Source: Candidatus Latescibacterota bacterium (GTDB taxonomy: Bacteria > Latescibacterota > UBA2968 > UBA8231). From it: a DNA stretch of 64,000 nt. The notes below the pieces were generated by a model. It was not told the origin of the DNA, searched no databases, and worked only from the letters and a program-made list of their open reading frames with translations. Location: contig OZ252098.1 in the NCBI GenBank assembly GCA_965248355.1, positions 3,712,001-3,776,000 on the forward strand. The letters run 5' to 3'. Shown here piece by piece: positions 29,345 through 42,742 of the stretch (position 1 is the stretch's first letter; every line of letters begins with the position of its first letter). The translations under genes and the position numbers were made by a program.

Positions 29345-30661
29345 TCAGTAGTCCTCCAGTGTTGCGTCGGCTTCCCGCTGCAGGCGCCGCAGGGAGCTCT
29401 CCACGTCGGCGCCCTGGACCACCTGCACGACGGTGCTGCTGATCAGCCGGCGAACCGCCTGGTAGCCGGGCAGGGACGGCTCCGCCTTGCCGTACTCGAG
29501 CAACTGGTAGGCGCTGGCGTACCGGGGATTCTTCTCGAGGTACTCGGCCAGGAGCGGACGCGTGCTCTTGCGGACGGGGAAGTAGTTGCTCGCCTTCACC
29601 CAGCGGGCCTGCTGCGGGGGCTCGGTGAACCACTTCAGGAACAGCCAGGCTGCCAACTGGCGCTCCGGCGTCGTGCGGCACACGGAGACACTGGCGCCGT
29701 AGAAATTGACCACGGGTTCGGTCCCGGCTCGGGGTGGCGCGGTTACTCCCCAGTCGAACCCGGCGCCCGAGGCCACCCCTTCCTGTACAAAGGGCAGGCC
29801 GGAGGTCGACCGCAGCATGAACAGGGACTCGCCGACGTTGAAGGCCGTCTGATCGCCGTACGCCTCCCCCATCAACTCCACGGCTCCCTCGGCGGCCAGG
29901 TCCTGCATCAGCCGCAGGGAAGCGGTCATCTCCGGGGTGTCCAGTCTGTAGGAAGTGCCCTCCGGATCGAGGAAATCCCCCCCGCGGGAGAAGGTCATGG
30001 ACGCGGCACGGGATGCATCCTCGTCGAGGACAAACCCCAGGCTGCGCGTCTTCGCCGGACTTCCGCTGAATGGCTGATCCCTCGCCGCACGGCACAGATG
30101 GGCGAATTCCTCCCAGGTCGCCGGTGGTCCTCTGGCGTCGAGTTCGCGCAGCCAGTCGATGTTGTAGTACAGGACCTCGATCGAGCGGTTCGGCGGCAGG
30201 GCGATCTGCCGGCCCTCGATGTGGTCCTGCCTGAGGAAGGCCTGCACGTAGTCGGCCGATTCCGCCTCGCTCAACCCCCATCGCGGGGAAGTCATGTACA
30301 GAGTCAGGTCCACTATGCCGTCGGCCAGCAGGTACTCCCGTGCCTGATTCTGATAGGCCACCACGAGATCCGCCACGCTGCCGCCCTGCAGGCCCACGAC
30401 CATCTTGTTGTAGATGTCGCCGTAGCTCCCGGCGAACTCTCCGCGCACGCCGATGCCGTGCGGGTTCGTCCTGTTGAACTCCTCGATCATCTCCAGCAGC
30501 GCCTGCTCCCGGGCTCTCTGGTGTTGATACCAGAACACGACCTGCTGGCCCCGCGGGTCGAGCGATTCCAAGTCGACTGGCGGTAGCGGCCCTTCCCCGC
30601 CGCTGCCACACCCGGCGGCGAGCCCCGCCGCTGCCACCATCCACCCGACGGTCGGCCTCAT
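29345..30661 (-). CDS. Carbohydrate/G3P-type ABC transporter substrate-binding lipoprotein
   Basis: Lipobox LAAGC, LYYNIDWL, PPATWEEF, AAWLFLKWF; ATGA overlap with the upstream permease. Confidence 0.88.
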   Translation of the reverse strand: MRPTVGWMVAAAGLAAGCGSGGEGPLPPVDLESLDPRGQQVVFWYQHQRAREQALLEMIEEFNRTNPHGIGVRGEFAGSYGDIYNKMVVGLQGGSVADLVVAYQNQAREYLLADGIVDLTLYMTSPRWGLSEAESADYVQAFLRQDHIEGRQIALPPNRSIEVLYYNIDWLRELDARGPPATWEEFAHLCRAARDQPFSGSPAKTRSLGFVLDEDASRAASMTFSRGGDFLDPEGTSYRLDTPEMTASLRLMQDLAAEGAVELMGEAYGDQTAFNVGESLFMLRSTSGLPFVQEGVASGAGFDWGVTAPPRAGTEPVVNFYGASVSVCRTTPERQLAAWLFLKWFTEPPQQARWVKASNYFPVRKSTRPLLAEYLEKNPRYASAYQLLEYGKAEPSLPGYQAVRRLISSTVVQVVQGADVESSLRRLQREADATLEDY

Positions 30662-31461
30662 CCCTTCATCCCGGACATGGAGATCCCCTCCGTGAACTCC
30701 CTCTGAACCAGCCCGTACACCACCAACACCGGCACCGTGGCAATCACGGCGCCCGCCATCTGCAGATGGATCTCCGGGCCGGCTTCGGTGACGAATTTCT
30801 GCAGGCCCACGGCAATCGGCCGCCATGCCGGAGTATTGGTCACCAGCAGCGGCCATCCGAGGGCGTTCCAGGAGCCGATGAAGGCGAGCATCCCCACGGT
30901 CAGAAGGGGTGCCTTGCACAAAGGCAGCACGACCTGAAACAGAAAGCGCAGGTGGCCGGCGCCATCGATACGGGCCGAATCCCACAACTCGACCGGTATG
31001 CCGCGCATGAACTGTCGAAGCAGGAAGACGCTGAAGGCGCTCGTCATGAAAGGGATCGTCAGGCTGGGCCAATTGTTGAGCCAGGACACGGGGCCGACGC
31101 GGTGCAGCCACGACACGGTGAGGAAGTTCGGCACCATGGTCACCGTCTCCGGCACCATCAGTGTCGCCAGAACGGCGACGAAAATCGCCTCCCGACCGCG
31201 GAAGCGAATGCGGGCCAGGGGGTAGGCGGCCATCAACGAGAACAGCAGCGTGCCGCCGACCACCAGGACCGCGATTGTCAGGGAGTTGACGAAATATAGA
31301 CCGAAGTCCTCTTCACTCCAGGCTTCCGCGTAGTTGGCCCACTGCACCGATGCCGGCACCACCACGCGGCGCAGGGTCTCGCCGCGTGTCATGAACGACG
31401 ACAGGACCATCCACACGAAGGGGAAGGCGGCCAGCACGCCGGCCATGATCAGGCCGGCCAT
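30658..31461 (-). CDS. Carbohydrate ABC transporter permease (MalG/UgpE-like)
   Basis: FPFVWMVLSS, EAA-loop ELWDSARIDGA. Start uncertain; it could extend to about 31512. Confidence 0.88.
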   Translation of the reverse strand: MAGLIMAGVLAAFPFVWMVLSSFMTRGETLRRVVVPASVQWANYAEAWSEEDFGLYFVNSLTIAVLVVGGTLLFSLMAAYPLARIRFRGREAIFVAVLATLMVPETVTMVPNFLTVSWLHRVGPVSWLNNWPSLTIPFMTSAFSVFLLRQFMRGIPVELWDSARIDGAGHLRFLFQVVLPLCKAPLLTVGMLAFIGSWNALGWPLLVTNTPAWRPIAVGLQKFVTEAGPEIHLQMAGAVIATVPVLVVYGLVQREFTEGISMSGMKG

Positions 31462-31508
31462 GGTCAAGGCGCCGGAGAGCCGACGGGAATGCCTGGTGGT
31501 GTTGGCGA

Positions 31509-32639
31509 TCAGATCTCTCCGTAGAAAACGCGACGACCGAACAGACGGTTCTGGAACAGCGTGAGGGCGAGGATGACGAGGAACAGGATGATGGCCAGGG
31601 TCGACGCATAGCCGGCACTGTGGAACTGGTATATCTGGTCGAAAATCAGAACGCTGACCACGTCGACCGTGTCCTGAGCTCCGGCGGTGCGCATGATGTA
31701 GATGTGGTTGAAGGCCTTGAAGGTGCCGATGACGGCGATCAGGCTGACGAAGAACAGGGCTGGCGACAGCAGGGGCAGGGTTACGTGGCGGAAGGTCTGC
31801 CAAGCGCTGGCGCCGTCGATTTCCGCTGCCTCGAAGTAGTGCCGGGGAATCGCGCTCAGACCCGCCAGCAGGATCACGGTGTCGTAGCCGATGTAGACCC
31901 ATACGTTGTACAGGCACACGCATACCAGGGCCAGACTGGGGAAGGCCCCTTCGAGCCAGCTCGGACAGGGGGCGCCCATGGCCTCCAGGAGCAGGACCGG
32001 GAGGCTGCGGCTCTCGTACAGCCAGCCCTGGCCCGATCCTCCCAACCACTGCCAGACCCGATTGGCCTGGGACCCCGGATTGGGGCTGAAGATCGTCCGG
32101 AAAACGACCGCCGTGGCGATCATCGGGGTGATGTAGGGCAGGAAGAACAGAACCCGCAGGAAGCCGCGCGCCGTGAGGGTCCGGAACAACAGATAGGCCA
32201 GCAACAGGGCCCCGCCGACCTCGAAGGGGATCGTGCCGAGGGCGTAGAAGATGGTGACCTTGACCGCGTTGATCAGGCGGATGTCGCCGTTGGAGCAGAG
32301 GCCGACCAGCCCGACGAGCAGAGACAGGCCCCCCGCCAGCAGTACGAGGCCCCGCACCGCAGAGGCGGGCCGGTTGCGATCCGGGGACCCTCGGGTCCAC
32401 AGGCCCAGGACGAGCCACAGAACGACCAGGCCTGCCACGGCGCACAGGATCCACTGCGGCTCTCCGAGGGCGCGCTCGTAGTGGCGCCACCCGACGAAGG
32501 CCTCGCGCTTGATCCTCCACCTGTGCAGACTGACGAACAGGGCATAGCCGATCGGGAAAATCCCGAACAGGCCCAGCACGAGCAGTGCCGGGGACATGAG
32601 CCCCCACGCCAGAAGGGTTTCGTCGCGGCGGCCTGTCAA
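31509..32639 (-). CDS. Carbohydrate ABC transporter permease (MalF/UgpA-like)
   Basis: EAAEIDGA, VTLPLLSP, GYASTLA. TTG start at 32639 chosen because upstream in-frame sequence is a hairpin and tRNA genes. Confidence 0.85.
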   Translation of the reverse strand: MTGRRDETLLAWGLMSPALLVLGLFGIFPIGYALFVSLHRWRIKREAFVGWRHYERALGEPQWILCAVAGLVVLWLVLGLWTRGSPDRNRPASAVRGLVLLAGGLSLLVGLVGLCSNGDIRLINAVKVTIFYALGTIPFEVGGALLLAYLLFRTLTARGFLRVLFFLPYITPMIATAVVFRTIFSPNPGSQANRVWQWLGGSGQGWLYESRSLPVLLLEAMGAPCPSWLEGAFPSLALVCVCLYNVWVYIGYDTVILLAGLSAIPRHYFEAAEIDGASAWQTFRHVTLPLLSPALFFVSLIAVIGTFKAFNHIYIMRTAGAQDTVDVVSVLIFDQIYQFHSAGYASTLAIILFLVILALTLFQNRLFGRRVFYGEI

Positions 32640-32643
32640 ACCG

Positions 32644-32683
32644 AAATGGAAGCGTCCCCGGAGCGGGCGGCTCCGGGGACGCT
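32644..32683 (-). terminator. Hairpin terminator downstream of the tRNA operon
   Basis: Perfect 14-bp stem AGCGTCCCCGGAGC/GCTCCGGGGACGCT (32651-32683), 5-nt loop, followed by TCCATTT on the minus strand. Confidence 0.65.
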
Positions 32684-32710
32684 CGAAAAGCGTCACAGGC
32701 GTGACGCCGG

Positions 32711-32784
32711 TGGCTGCCCCCCAGGGATTCGAACCCCGATAACATGATCCAGAGTCATGTGTCCTACCATTGAACGAGGGGGCA
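32711..32784 (-). tRNA. tRNA-Gln (CTG)
   Basis: TGCCCCCTCGTTCAATGGTAGGAC...CATGA-CTCTGGA-TCATG...GGTTCGAATCC...GCAGCCA. Confidence 0.95.
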
Positions 32785-32797
32785 TCGCGGCGGAATC

Positions 32798-32889
<92 letters not shown>

Positions 32890-32911
32890 AAAGCGCGAGC
32901 CGCGGTCATTC

Positions 32912-33000
32912 TGGCGGAGGGCGAGGGACTCGAACCCTCAAGGGTGTGTGAACCCGGCGGTTTTCAAGACCGCTGCCTTACCAATTAGGTCTAGCCCTCC
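32912..33000 (-). tRNA. tRNA-Ser (TGA)
   Basis: GGAGGGC acceptor, GCGGT-CTTGAAA-ACCGC anticodon arm, long variable arm, GGTTCGAGTCC, CCA end. Confidence 0.95.
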
Positions 33001-33032
33001 ACAGGCCCCCTAGCTACGGCAAACCCGCAGAA

Positions 33033-33061
33033 AACATACGGCTCCGCGACTCTGCCGTCAA
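33033..33061 (-). promoter_or_regulatory. Putative sigma-70 promoter of the tRNA operon
   Basis: TTGACG, 17 bp, TATGTT on the minus strand. Confidence 0.6.
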
Positions 33062-33141
33062 ACCGACGCCACCCGCGACAAAGCTACTAATTGCCTTATT
33101 TACAATAGGATATGAACGCGTCCCAAGCGCACGGGGATGCC

Positions 33142-35616
33142 TCAGCCGAGTTGGCCGTTGCCCTCGTCGGCGGCGGTTTCCCCGTCTGCCTCGTCGACTA
33201 CGATCCGGGTCATGTCGATGACCCGGTCCCCATCTTCGACGTTGATCACCCGTACTCCCTGGGTGTTTCGGCCGATGCACGAGATGCCCTCCACCGGCAA
33301 GCGGATCATGATCCCCTGCTGGGTGATGACCATGACTTCGTCATCATCGAGGACCTGCTTGCAGGACACGACCCGGCCGTTGCGCTCGGTCGTCTTGATG
33401 TCGATGACCCCCTTCCCGCCCCGCCGGATGCGAGGGTACTCCGAGGACTCCGTGCGCTTGCCATAGCCGTTCTCGCTGACCGTGAGCAGGGACCCCCGAT
33501 TGTCGAGCACTACCATCTCCACCACCTCGTCGGCGTCCCTGAGGTCGATCCCCTTCACGCCCGTCGATACCCGTCCCATGGGTCGCACATCTTCCTCGGA
33601 GAATCGGACAGCCATGCCTTGCCGGGTCGCCAGCAACACGTCCTGCCCCGTCTCGACCAGGCCGGAGCCGATCAGGTCGTCGTCGTCCTGGATCTTCAGA
33701 GCGATGATGCCGTCCCGGCGCACGTTGCCGTAGGCGGAGAGAACCGTCTTTTTCACCACCCCCTGGCGCGTCGCCGTGAACAGGAACCGGTCATCCGTGA
33801 ACGCATCCACGGCGACCACGGCGCGCACCTCGTCCCCTTCGGCCAATTGAAGAAGGTTGACCAAAGGCCGTCCCCGAGCGGTTCGCTCCCCTTCGGGTAT
33901 GCGGTAGACCTTGAGCCAGTGGCACTGACCGCGGGCCGTGAGGAAGAGGATGTAGGAATGCGTGGAGGCGGTGAACAGCCGCTCGACGAAGTCCTCCTCC
34001 TTGGTCCGCATGCCGGTGACGCCCCGCCCGCCCCGGTGCTGCGTCCGGTAGGCACTCGGCGACATTCGCTTGATGTAGCCCTCTCGGGAGATGGTCACCA
34101 CCATGTCCTCCCGGGGGATGAGATCCTCCACGTCGAACTCCTCCGCGGCGTAGACGATCTCGGTGCGACGCTCGTCGCCGAAGCGCTCGCGGATCTCGGA
34201 CAACTCCCGCTTGAGGATGTCCATCTGCATCTCACGGCTGTCGAGGACGGCGCGCAAGTGCGTGATGGCCTCCTGCAGCTCCTGGTACTCGGCCTCGACC
34301 TTCTCGCGCTCCAGGCCCGTGAGCCGCTGCAGGGGCATGGCCAGGATGGCGTTGGCCTGGATCTCGGACAGCTCGAACCCGCCCATCAGCCGGCTGCGCG
34401 CCTCGCCGGGGTCCGCCGAGCCGCGGATCAGCTGGATGACGGCGTCGATGTTGTCGAGGGCGACACGCAGGCCCGCCAGGAGATGGGCACGCGCTTCCGC
34501 CCTGGACAGGTCAAAGCGCGCGCGCCGCAGCACGACCTGGTGACGGTGGGACAGGTAGTGCTCGCACAGGCGCTTCAGGTTGAGCGTCTCGGGCCGGCCT
34601 TCGACGATGGCGATGGCATTGATCCCGAAGTTCTGCTGCAACATGGAATGGCTGAACAACTGGTTGAGGACGACCTCGCTCTGGGCCCCGCGCTTCAACT
34701 CGATCACGATGCGCAGTCCATCCCGGCCCGATTCGTCGCGCAGGTTGGAGATATCCTCCACGACCTTGTTGCGCACGAGCTCGGCCATCTTCTGCAGCAG
34801 CGTCGACTTGTCGACGAGGAAGGGGATCTCGGTGACGATGATCCGGTCGCGGCCGTCGCGCTGCTCCTCCACGTGTGTGCGCGCTCGAAGCTGGACGATC
34901 CCCTGCCCCGTCCGGTAGGCGCGGCGCACGCCGGCCATGCCGTGAATGACCCCTCCGGTGGGAAAGTCGGGGGCCTTGACGTGCTCCATCACGGAATCGA
35001 TGGTCATCTCCGGGTCGTCGATCAGCGCCGTGAGGGCGTCGCAGACCTCGGTGACGTTGTGGGGCGGAATCTTGGTGGCGTAGGCCACGGAGATCCCAAC
35101 CGACCCGTTGCACAGGAGGTTGGGGAACCGCGACGGCAGGACGGACGGCTCCGTGCGGGTCTCGTCGTAGTTGTCGACCATGTCGACGGTGTCGCGCTCG
35201 AGCTCCGCGAGCATCTCGACCGTGGCCGTGGTCATGCGGGCCTCGGTGTAGCGCATGGCCGCCGGGGGGTAACCGTCGATGGAGCCGAAGTTGCCTTGGC
35301 CGTCCACAAGGGGGTAGCGCAGCCGAAAGTCCTGGGCCAGATGCACGAGGGTTGCGTACACGCCCTCATCCCCGTGGGGATGGTAGTTGCCGGAAGTGTC
35401 ACCGGAGATCTTGGCGCACTTCCGGAAGCCGCGGCCAGGGGCCAGGCTGAGGTCGTTCATGGCCACCAGAATGCGACGCTGGGATGGCTTCAGGCCGTCG
35501 CGCACGTCGGGCAGGGCCCGTGCCGTGATGGCGCTCATGGCGTAGTCGAGGAAGGAGGTCTTGAGCTCTTCCTCGATTTTCACCGGGATGATGCGGGGGT
35601 CTCGCTGTTCGAGCAT
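33142..35616 (-). CDS. gyrA: DNA gyrase subunit A
   Basis: [25 protein letters not shown] catalytic Tyr, GyrA-box QHRGGRG, beta-pinwheel repeats, acidic tail. Confidence 0.97.
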   Translation of the reverse strand: MLEQRDPRIIPVKIEEELKTSFLDYAMSAITARALPDVRDGLKPSQRRILVAMNDLSLAPGRGFRKCAKISGDTSGNYHPHGDEGVYATLVHLAQDFRLRYPLVDGQGNFGSIDGYPPAAMRYTEARMTTATVEMLAELERDTVDMVDNYDETRTEPSVLPSRFPNLLCNGSVGISVAYATKIPPHNVTEVCDALTALIDDPEMTIDSVMEHVKAPDFPTGGVIHGMAGVRRAYRTGQGIVQLRARTHVEEQRDGRDRIIVTEIPFLVDKSTLLQKMAELVRNKVVEDISNLRDESGRDGLRIVIELKRGAQSEVVLNQLFSHSMLQQNFGINAIAIVEGRPETLNLKRLCEHYLSHRHQVVLRRARFDLSRAEARAHLLAGLRVALDNIDAVIQLIRGSADPGEARSRLMGGFELSEIQANAILAMPLQRLTGLEREKVEAEYQELQEAITHLRAVLDSREMQMDILKRELSEIRERFGDERRTEIVYAAEEFDVEDLIPREDMVVTISREGYIKRMSPSAYRTQHRGGRGVTGMRTKEEDFVERLFTASTHSYILFLTARGQCHWLKVYRIPEGERTARGRPLVNLLQLAEGDEVRAVVAVDAFTDDRFLFTATRQGVVKKTVLSAYGNVRRDGIIALKIQDDDDLIGSGLVETGQDVLLATRQGMAVRFSEEDVRPMGRVSTGVKGIDLRDADEVVEMVVLDNRGSLLTVSENGYGKRTESSEYPRIRRGGKGVIDIKTTERNGRVVSCKQVLDDDEVMVITQQGIMIRLPVEGISCIGRNTQGVRVINVEDGDRVIDMTRIVVDEADGETAADEGNGQLG

Positions 35617-35662
35617 GGTCTGGGGTCCGGGGTGAGGGAACGGGGGAGGCAGCCCCCGCGGG

Positions 35663-38011
<2,349 letters not shown>

Positions 38012-38015
<4 letters not shown>

Positions 38016-39112
38016 GGCGCCACCTCGATGCGCTTGAAGCGATCCCCCACGTCCTCTCCAGAAACCCTCGCCGCCGTCAGAATGACCTGCTCGAAGTCAT
38101 CGGTCAGAGTCAGCAACCGGCGGGATCGCGTCTGGTCCAGTTCGGAGAACACATCGTCCAGCAGCAGGACAGGCTGGCTCCCGGTCCGGGCTTCAAGGAA
38201 CCGGGCCTCGGCCATCTTCCAGGAAAGCAGAAGGCTCTTCAGCTGGCCCTGCGAGCCGTAGGTGTCGGCCGAGGTCCCGGCGAGAGAAAAGGCGAGGGAG
38301 TCACGATGGGGCCCGTACAGGGTATGCCCGGCTCGCTCCTCGCGCACCGGGTCGGCGTCGAACTCGGCCAGCAAGCCCTGCTCGAGCTGCTCGGCCGCGG
38401 GCACATCCTCTATGGATCCAGGCACGGCTTCCGAGCGATAGGTGATCCCGGCCGGCTCCTTACCCATGCTGAAAGTCTCATAGCAGCGCACGAAGGGCGG
38501 CATCATTTCCGCGAGTGTCTCAAGGCGCAGACGGCGAACCGTTCCCCCGGGGGCGGCCAGTTGCTCTTCCCACACCCGCCGCTCGGCCGGGTCGGGCCGA
38601 CGGCCTGCCAAGTTGCGCAGAAAATGGTTCCGCTGTGCAAGCACGCGGTTGTAGCGCTGCAGACTCTGGAGGTATTCCGGGCGTGCTTGCGACAAGAGGA
38701 TATCGAGGAGGCGGCGGCGCTGTGAAGCGAAATGAAGGATGAGGGTGACGTCCTCGGGTGCGAAGTGGACGGTGCGGAATTGGCTGACCAAGTCCGAAAC
38801 TCGGGGCAGGGCAACACCGTCGAGAAATGCGCACTTGCCCTCCGACCCGCTGTAGAAGACCCTGCACTGGCGCTCACGAAGTCCGTCTTCCCACACACTC
38901 CGAATGTCGAAATGGTCCCTGTCATGGGGAACCACCTCCTGATCCCGAGCCCCCCGGATGGACTTGCCGATCGACAGATAGGTGATGGACTCCAGAACAT
39001 TGCTCTTGCCCCGACCGTTTTCGCCGACGATCAGGGAGCCCCTTCGATCCAGATCCAGATCGAGGCGGGCAAAATTCCGGTAGGGCTCCAGGCGAAGCTG
39101 CCGAATACGCAC
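38012..39112 (-). CDS. recF: DNA replication/repair protein RecF
   Basis: GENGRGKSN, GPHRD, GSQGQ, LLLDDVFSELD. Confidence 0.96.
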
Positions 39113-39148
39113 CGCCCGAAGACCCTGTTCCCGATCCCATTCGCAGGG

Positions 39149-40309
39149 TCAGCTGCTGGGACGCATGGGCATAAGCAGATAGTAGGCGTCCTCACCTTCC
39201 AGCTGCTCGGCCGGACGTACGATGGCGGCGGTCACCGAGTCTCGTAGATCCACGATGACCTCTTCCGAACCGACCTTGCGCAGGATCTCCATCATGTAAT
39301 GAGAATTGTACGCGACCTCGATGGCATCGGCACTGTAGTCCGCGGGTAGGGTTTCCCGGGCCTCACCACCGATCTCCTGACTGGAAGCGGTCAGTTCCAC
39401 CAACCCCTCTCGGAGGCCAACCCGCACTTGATGCGTGTATGAGCTGGATAGGACGGATGCTCGTCGAAGGGCCGGCAGGAGCTGATCCACCGGGATCGTC
39501 AGGCGTTTGTCGTTCTCCCGCGGCACAACCTGTTCATAGTCGACATAGGGTCCTTCGATAAGCCGCGACAGCAACTGTGTCTCGTCCACTTGGAACAAGA
39601 TCTGACTTTCGCCTAACACAACCTCTCCCAGACTCTCCGGGTTCTCCAGCAACTTTCCCAGCTGTCCACACGTCTGCGGTGGCAGGATGGCCTCGGCGGA
39701 ACCGTCGACTCCGGTTCCTCCCTCCCAGGTGCGCCGAAACTCGGCCAGTCGACTACCATCCGTGGCCACCATGGACATTAGTTCGGGCCCGATTCTCCAC
39801 AGGACCCCGTTGAGCACCGGGCGGGTCTCGTCATGGGAAACGGCGAAGCTGGTCTTTTCGATCATCGTGCGAAAGAGTGCCCCATCGAGGGGGGTATCTG
39901 CCCGGAAGGACAGCCGCAACCCCTGGAGATCATCGGGCATCTCAGGAAACTCTTCAGGTGACGTCACTGGCAGCGAGTAACGGCCCTCCCCGCCAGAACC
40001 TTCCCCAAGAGGTCCGGAGAGTACGAGATGACCGTCTTCCATTACGAGACTGATGACCGATTCCGGCCACTCTCTGGTTATCTCCGCCAAAGTCCGGGCT
40101 GGCACTGTAATGCGCCCCGGTGTATCGACAGCTGCCGTCACACGGGTCCGGATCGACAGATCCAGATCGGTCGCCGAGAGCGTCAGACGATCTCCTTGCC
40201 CCCCGAGCAGGACATTGGACAGGACCGGTTGAGCCGGCTTGGAAGCAACTGCATCCAGAACCGTGCTCAGACCCCGCCAGAGTTCATTACGTTCGACAGT
40301 GAGCTTCAT
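39149..40309 (-). CDS. dnaN: DNA polymerase III beta clamp
   Basis: SATDLDL, DETRPVLNGV, VATDGSRL, SRLIEGPY, LLMPMR. Confidence 0.96.
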   Translation of the reverse strand: MKLTVERNELWRGLSTVLDAVASKPAQPVLSNVLLGGQGDRLTLSATDLDLSIRTRVTAAVDTPGRITVPARTLAEITREWPESVISLVMEDGHLVLSGPLGEGSGGEGRYSLPVTSPEEFPEMPDDLQGLRLSFRADTPLDGALFRTMIEKTSFAVSHDETRPVLNGVLWRIGPELMSMVATDGSRLAEFRRTWEGGTGVDGSAEAILPPQTCGQLGKLLENPESLGEVVLGESQILFQVDETQLLSRLIEGPYVDYEQVVPRENDKRLTIPVDQLLPALRRASVLSSSYTHQVRVGLREGLVELTASSQEIGGEARETLPADYSADAIEVAYNSHYMMEILRKVGSEEVIVDLRDSVTAAIVRPAEQLEGEDAYYLLMPMRPSS

Positions 40310-40866
40310 CCGTTCCTTCCTACTGATCGAGCGACCCGAAGCAGAAGTAAGGACTCCTGGAGTTCCGTGTGCGGTCTATTTCAGGTCTTGTGTCGAAGAA
40401 TCCCGGACCGCCGGCTATGGAAGGGGGATGCGCCATGCGGTCCAGGGTAAAGCCTGTCTGATGTCCGTCAGCATCTATAATATAGGTATAGGGGTGATTG
40501 ACCGTCAATCAGGCCGTTCGGGGGTTCCCGGGGGGCAAGAGCCTCTTTCAAAGACATTCGTCCCCAAAGAGTAGTAGATAAGGGTTAGGCCCTTATGAGT
40601 TCCCTATCTCCATATTACTGCTTATATCCCTGTGGATTCGTTGAAAGAACCGCGACCAGGGATGGGATAACGTCTATAAATGTAATATAAACAATTGGAT
40701 ACCTCATATATCCCCGGTCCTGATCGGCGGTTGGCCCCAAAGGGCTCGGGGCATAGTTATCAACAGGTACAAACGCTTATCAGGATGGCACTCCCTGACA
40801 AGTGAGATTATTAACACTGATGCCTGGATATCCACATCTTTTGTTGAGATGTATGTTGATTATAAT
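40310..40866. other. Probable oriC (dnaA-dnaN intergenic region)
   Basis: 557-bp non-coding, AT-rich region with DnaA-box-like 9-mers TGTGGATTC (40631), TTATCAACA (40757), TTATTAACA (40808), ATATCCACA (40828), TGTTGATTA (40854) and an AT tract at about 40675-40696. Gene orientation switches nearby. Confidence 0.8.
40479..40511 (-). promoter_or_regulatory. Putative dnaN promoter overlapped by a perfect palindrome
   Basis: TTGACG (40503-40508), 18 bp, TATATT (40479-40484). Palindrome TGATTGAC-C-GTCAATCA at 40495-40511. Confidence 0.5.
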
Positions 40867-42273
40867 CTAATCGATTTGTGTCAGCCGGCGGATTTCTTCT
40901 GAGAGAGACTCGACAATGCGGGCGAAAGCCGGATCCTGATTGCACTTCCTGTCCACCGTCTGAACGGCGTGAACCACGGTACTATGATCTCGGTTCCCAA
41001 AGTGAAGGCCAATGACCTTCAAAGGACTCTTGGTGTGTCGTTTGACCAGATACATGGCGATCTGTCTGGGGCCAGCTATCTCTCGCTTGCGGGTCTTCCC
41101 TATCAAGAGTTCCGGCGTCAGATCGAAATGGTCAGCGACTCTCCTCTGGATCCCTTCAATGGAAGGACGGGTGTTCTGCGTTGTATTCCGTTGCTGTACG
41201 ACCTTCCGAGCTGCATCCACGCTGAGCTCGACCTGATTGACAGCGCAGTAGGCCATGATGTGGTTCAGGGCACCCTCGAGTTCGCGAATATTGGAGCTGA
41301 TGTAGCTGCCGAGGAAATTGGCGACCTCTTCTGGGAGAGGGATTCCGTTGATCTCCGCTTTCTTCTGAAGGATTGCGATACGGGTCTCGAGGTCCGGAGG
41401 TTCGATACTGGTGACCAGGCCCCATTGGAAGCGGGAGATCAGTCGTTCCTCGAGTCCCTTCAGGTCGCCCGGGGGACTGTCGCAGGTCATGACGATCTGC
41501 CGGCCGTTCTGGTGCAGTGTATTAAAGGTGTGGAAAAATTCGTTCTGTGTGCCCTCACTACGGATCAGGAACTGTATATCGTCGACGAGCAGCACGTTGA
41601 CGGAACGATAGAGCCGCTGAAAATCAGACGTCTTCTGCTGTCGCAGGGACTCGATGAAATCGCTCAGGAATTTCTCGGCCGTGACGTAGACGATGCGCTG
41701 GCCGGACTCGCTGCCCAACAGGTAGTGCCCGATGGCCTGAAGCAGATGTGTCTTGCCGAGACCGACTCCCCCGTGCACGACAAGGGGATTGAACTGTGTC
41801 TTGCCGGGCGATTGGGAGACGGCCTGGGCGGCTGCGTAGGGGAGGCGAGTGCCCTCTCCGACGACGAACGTATCGAACACATACCGCTCATTGAGCGGCA
41901 TGTGGAGGGGTGATGCGGTGTCGATGGGCTCCTCGTCGATCGATTCCTGCCCGGCTTCCGGCTCGTCCGCAGGGCGCGAAGGCACTTCGCCGGGACCCGG
42001 GTGGCTGGAGGTGCTCCTCTCATCGAGGACGGCGAAGGAGACGCGAGGGCACAGGCCGGTTTCTTCTTCGACGACGGACTGGATCAGCGGCAGGTAGTTG
42101 CTCTGGACGAAGTGGGCGAAGTAGGAGCTGCAAACCTCGATTTCCAGCATTTCCTCGTCGAATCGGCGGGCCGTGGTGGGCCGGAACCAAGTATTGAACG
42201 TCTGGGGTCGTCGAAGTCTCCGCTCGATATTGAGCAGGCACTGAGCCCAGAGCTCTCGTACGTCCTCTGACAT
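40867..42273 (-). CDS. dnaA: Chromosomal replication initiator DnaA
   Basis: FNTWF, GGVGLGKT, LLVDDIQF, FFHTFN, NIRELEGA, RDHSTV. ATG at 42273 is inferred. Confidence 0.97.
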   Translation of the reverse strand: MSEDVRELWAQCLLNIERRLRRPQTFNTWFRPTTARRFDEEMLEIEVCSSYFAHFVQSNYLPLIQSVVEEETGLCPRVSFAVLDERSTSSHPGPGEVPSRPADEPEAGQESIDEEPIDTASPLHMPLNERYVFDTFVVGEGTRLPYAAAQAVSQSPGKTQFNPLVVHGGVGLGKTHLLQAIGHYLLGSESGQRIVYVTAEKFLSDFIESLRQQKTSDFQRLYRSVNVLLVDDIQFLIRSEGTQNEFFHTFNTLHQNGRQIVMTCDSPPGDLKGLEERLISRFQWGLVTSIEPPDLETRIAILQKKAEINGIPLPEEVANFLGSYISSNIRELEGALNHIMAYCAVNQVELSVDAARKVVQQRNTTQNTRPSIEGIQRRVADHFDLTPELLIGKTRKREIAGPRQIAMYLVKRHTKSPLKVIGLHFGNRDHSTVVHAVQTVDRKCNQDPAFARIVESLSEEIRRLTQID

Positions 42274-42386
42274 GGGGGAGTCGACCAGGAAATTGAAGCG
42301 CCGAACTGCTGCGGACTGCGGACCGATACCGAGCGACAAGGCGGGTTGGGGAATCACGATGTCCCCCCGGCATTCGGCGGCGCTTT

Positions 42387-42415
42387 AGAGTAGTGCCCGG
42401 CCACTGGGTCGTCAA
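42387..42415 (-). promoter_or_regulatory. Putative dnaA promoter
   Basis: TTGACG, 17 bp, TACTCT on the minus strand. Confidence 0.55.
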
Positions 42416-42483
42416 GGATCGCTGCCCCGTTGGAGACGCGCCTGACGCGGTTCCCCGGGTCCCGGCTTTCATTCCCCCGAAAA

Positions 42484-42513
42484 TTGACAGATCGGGAGCA
42501 AGGGTCGTAGCTT
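42484..42513 (+). promoter_or_regulatory. Putative rpmH operon promoter
   Basis: TTGACA, 18 bp, TAGCTT. Confidence 0.6.
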
Positions 42514-42578
42514 GATCCTCTTCTACGCATCGATCTCCCAGAGATATACGGGGTCACCCTCTTCCAGGTCCTGTCATC

Positions 42579-42713
42579 GTGAAGCGGACCTTTCAGCCGA
42601 GCCAAAGGCGGCGCAGAAACAAGCACGGCTTCCGAAAGCGCATGCGCACGCCCGCCGGGCGGGCCATCCTTTCGCGTCGCCGGAAGCGGGGTCGCAAGCG
42701 TCTGGCCGTCTGA
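42579..42713 (+). CDS. rpmH: 50S ribosomal protein L34
   Basis: Manual translation [44 protein letters not shown]; too short for the ORF track. Confidence 0.97.
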   Translation: MKRTFQPSQRRRRNKHGFRKRMRTPAGRAILSRRRKRGRKRLAV

Positions 42714-42742
42714 TAAGTGGGCCCCCCGGACGGCACGTCCGA

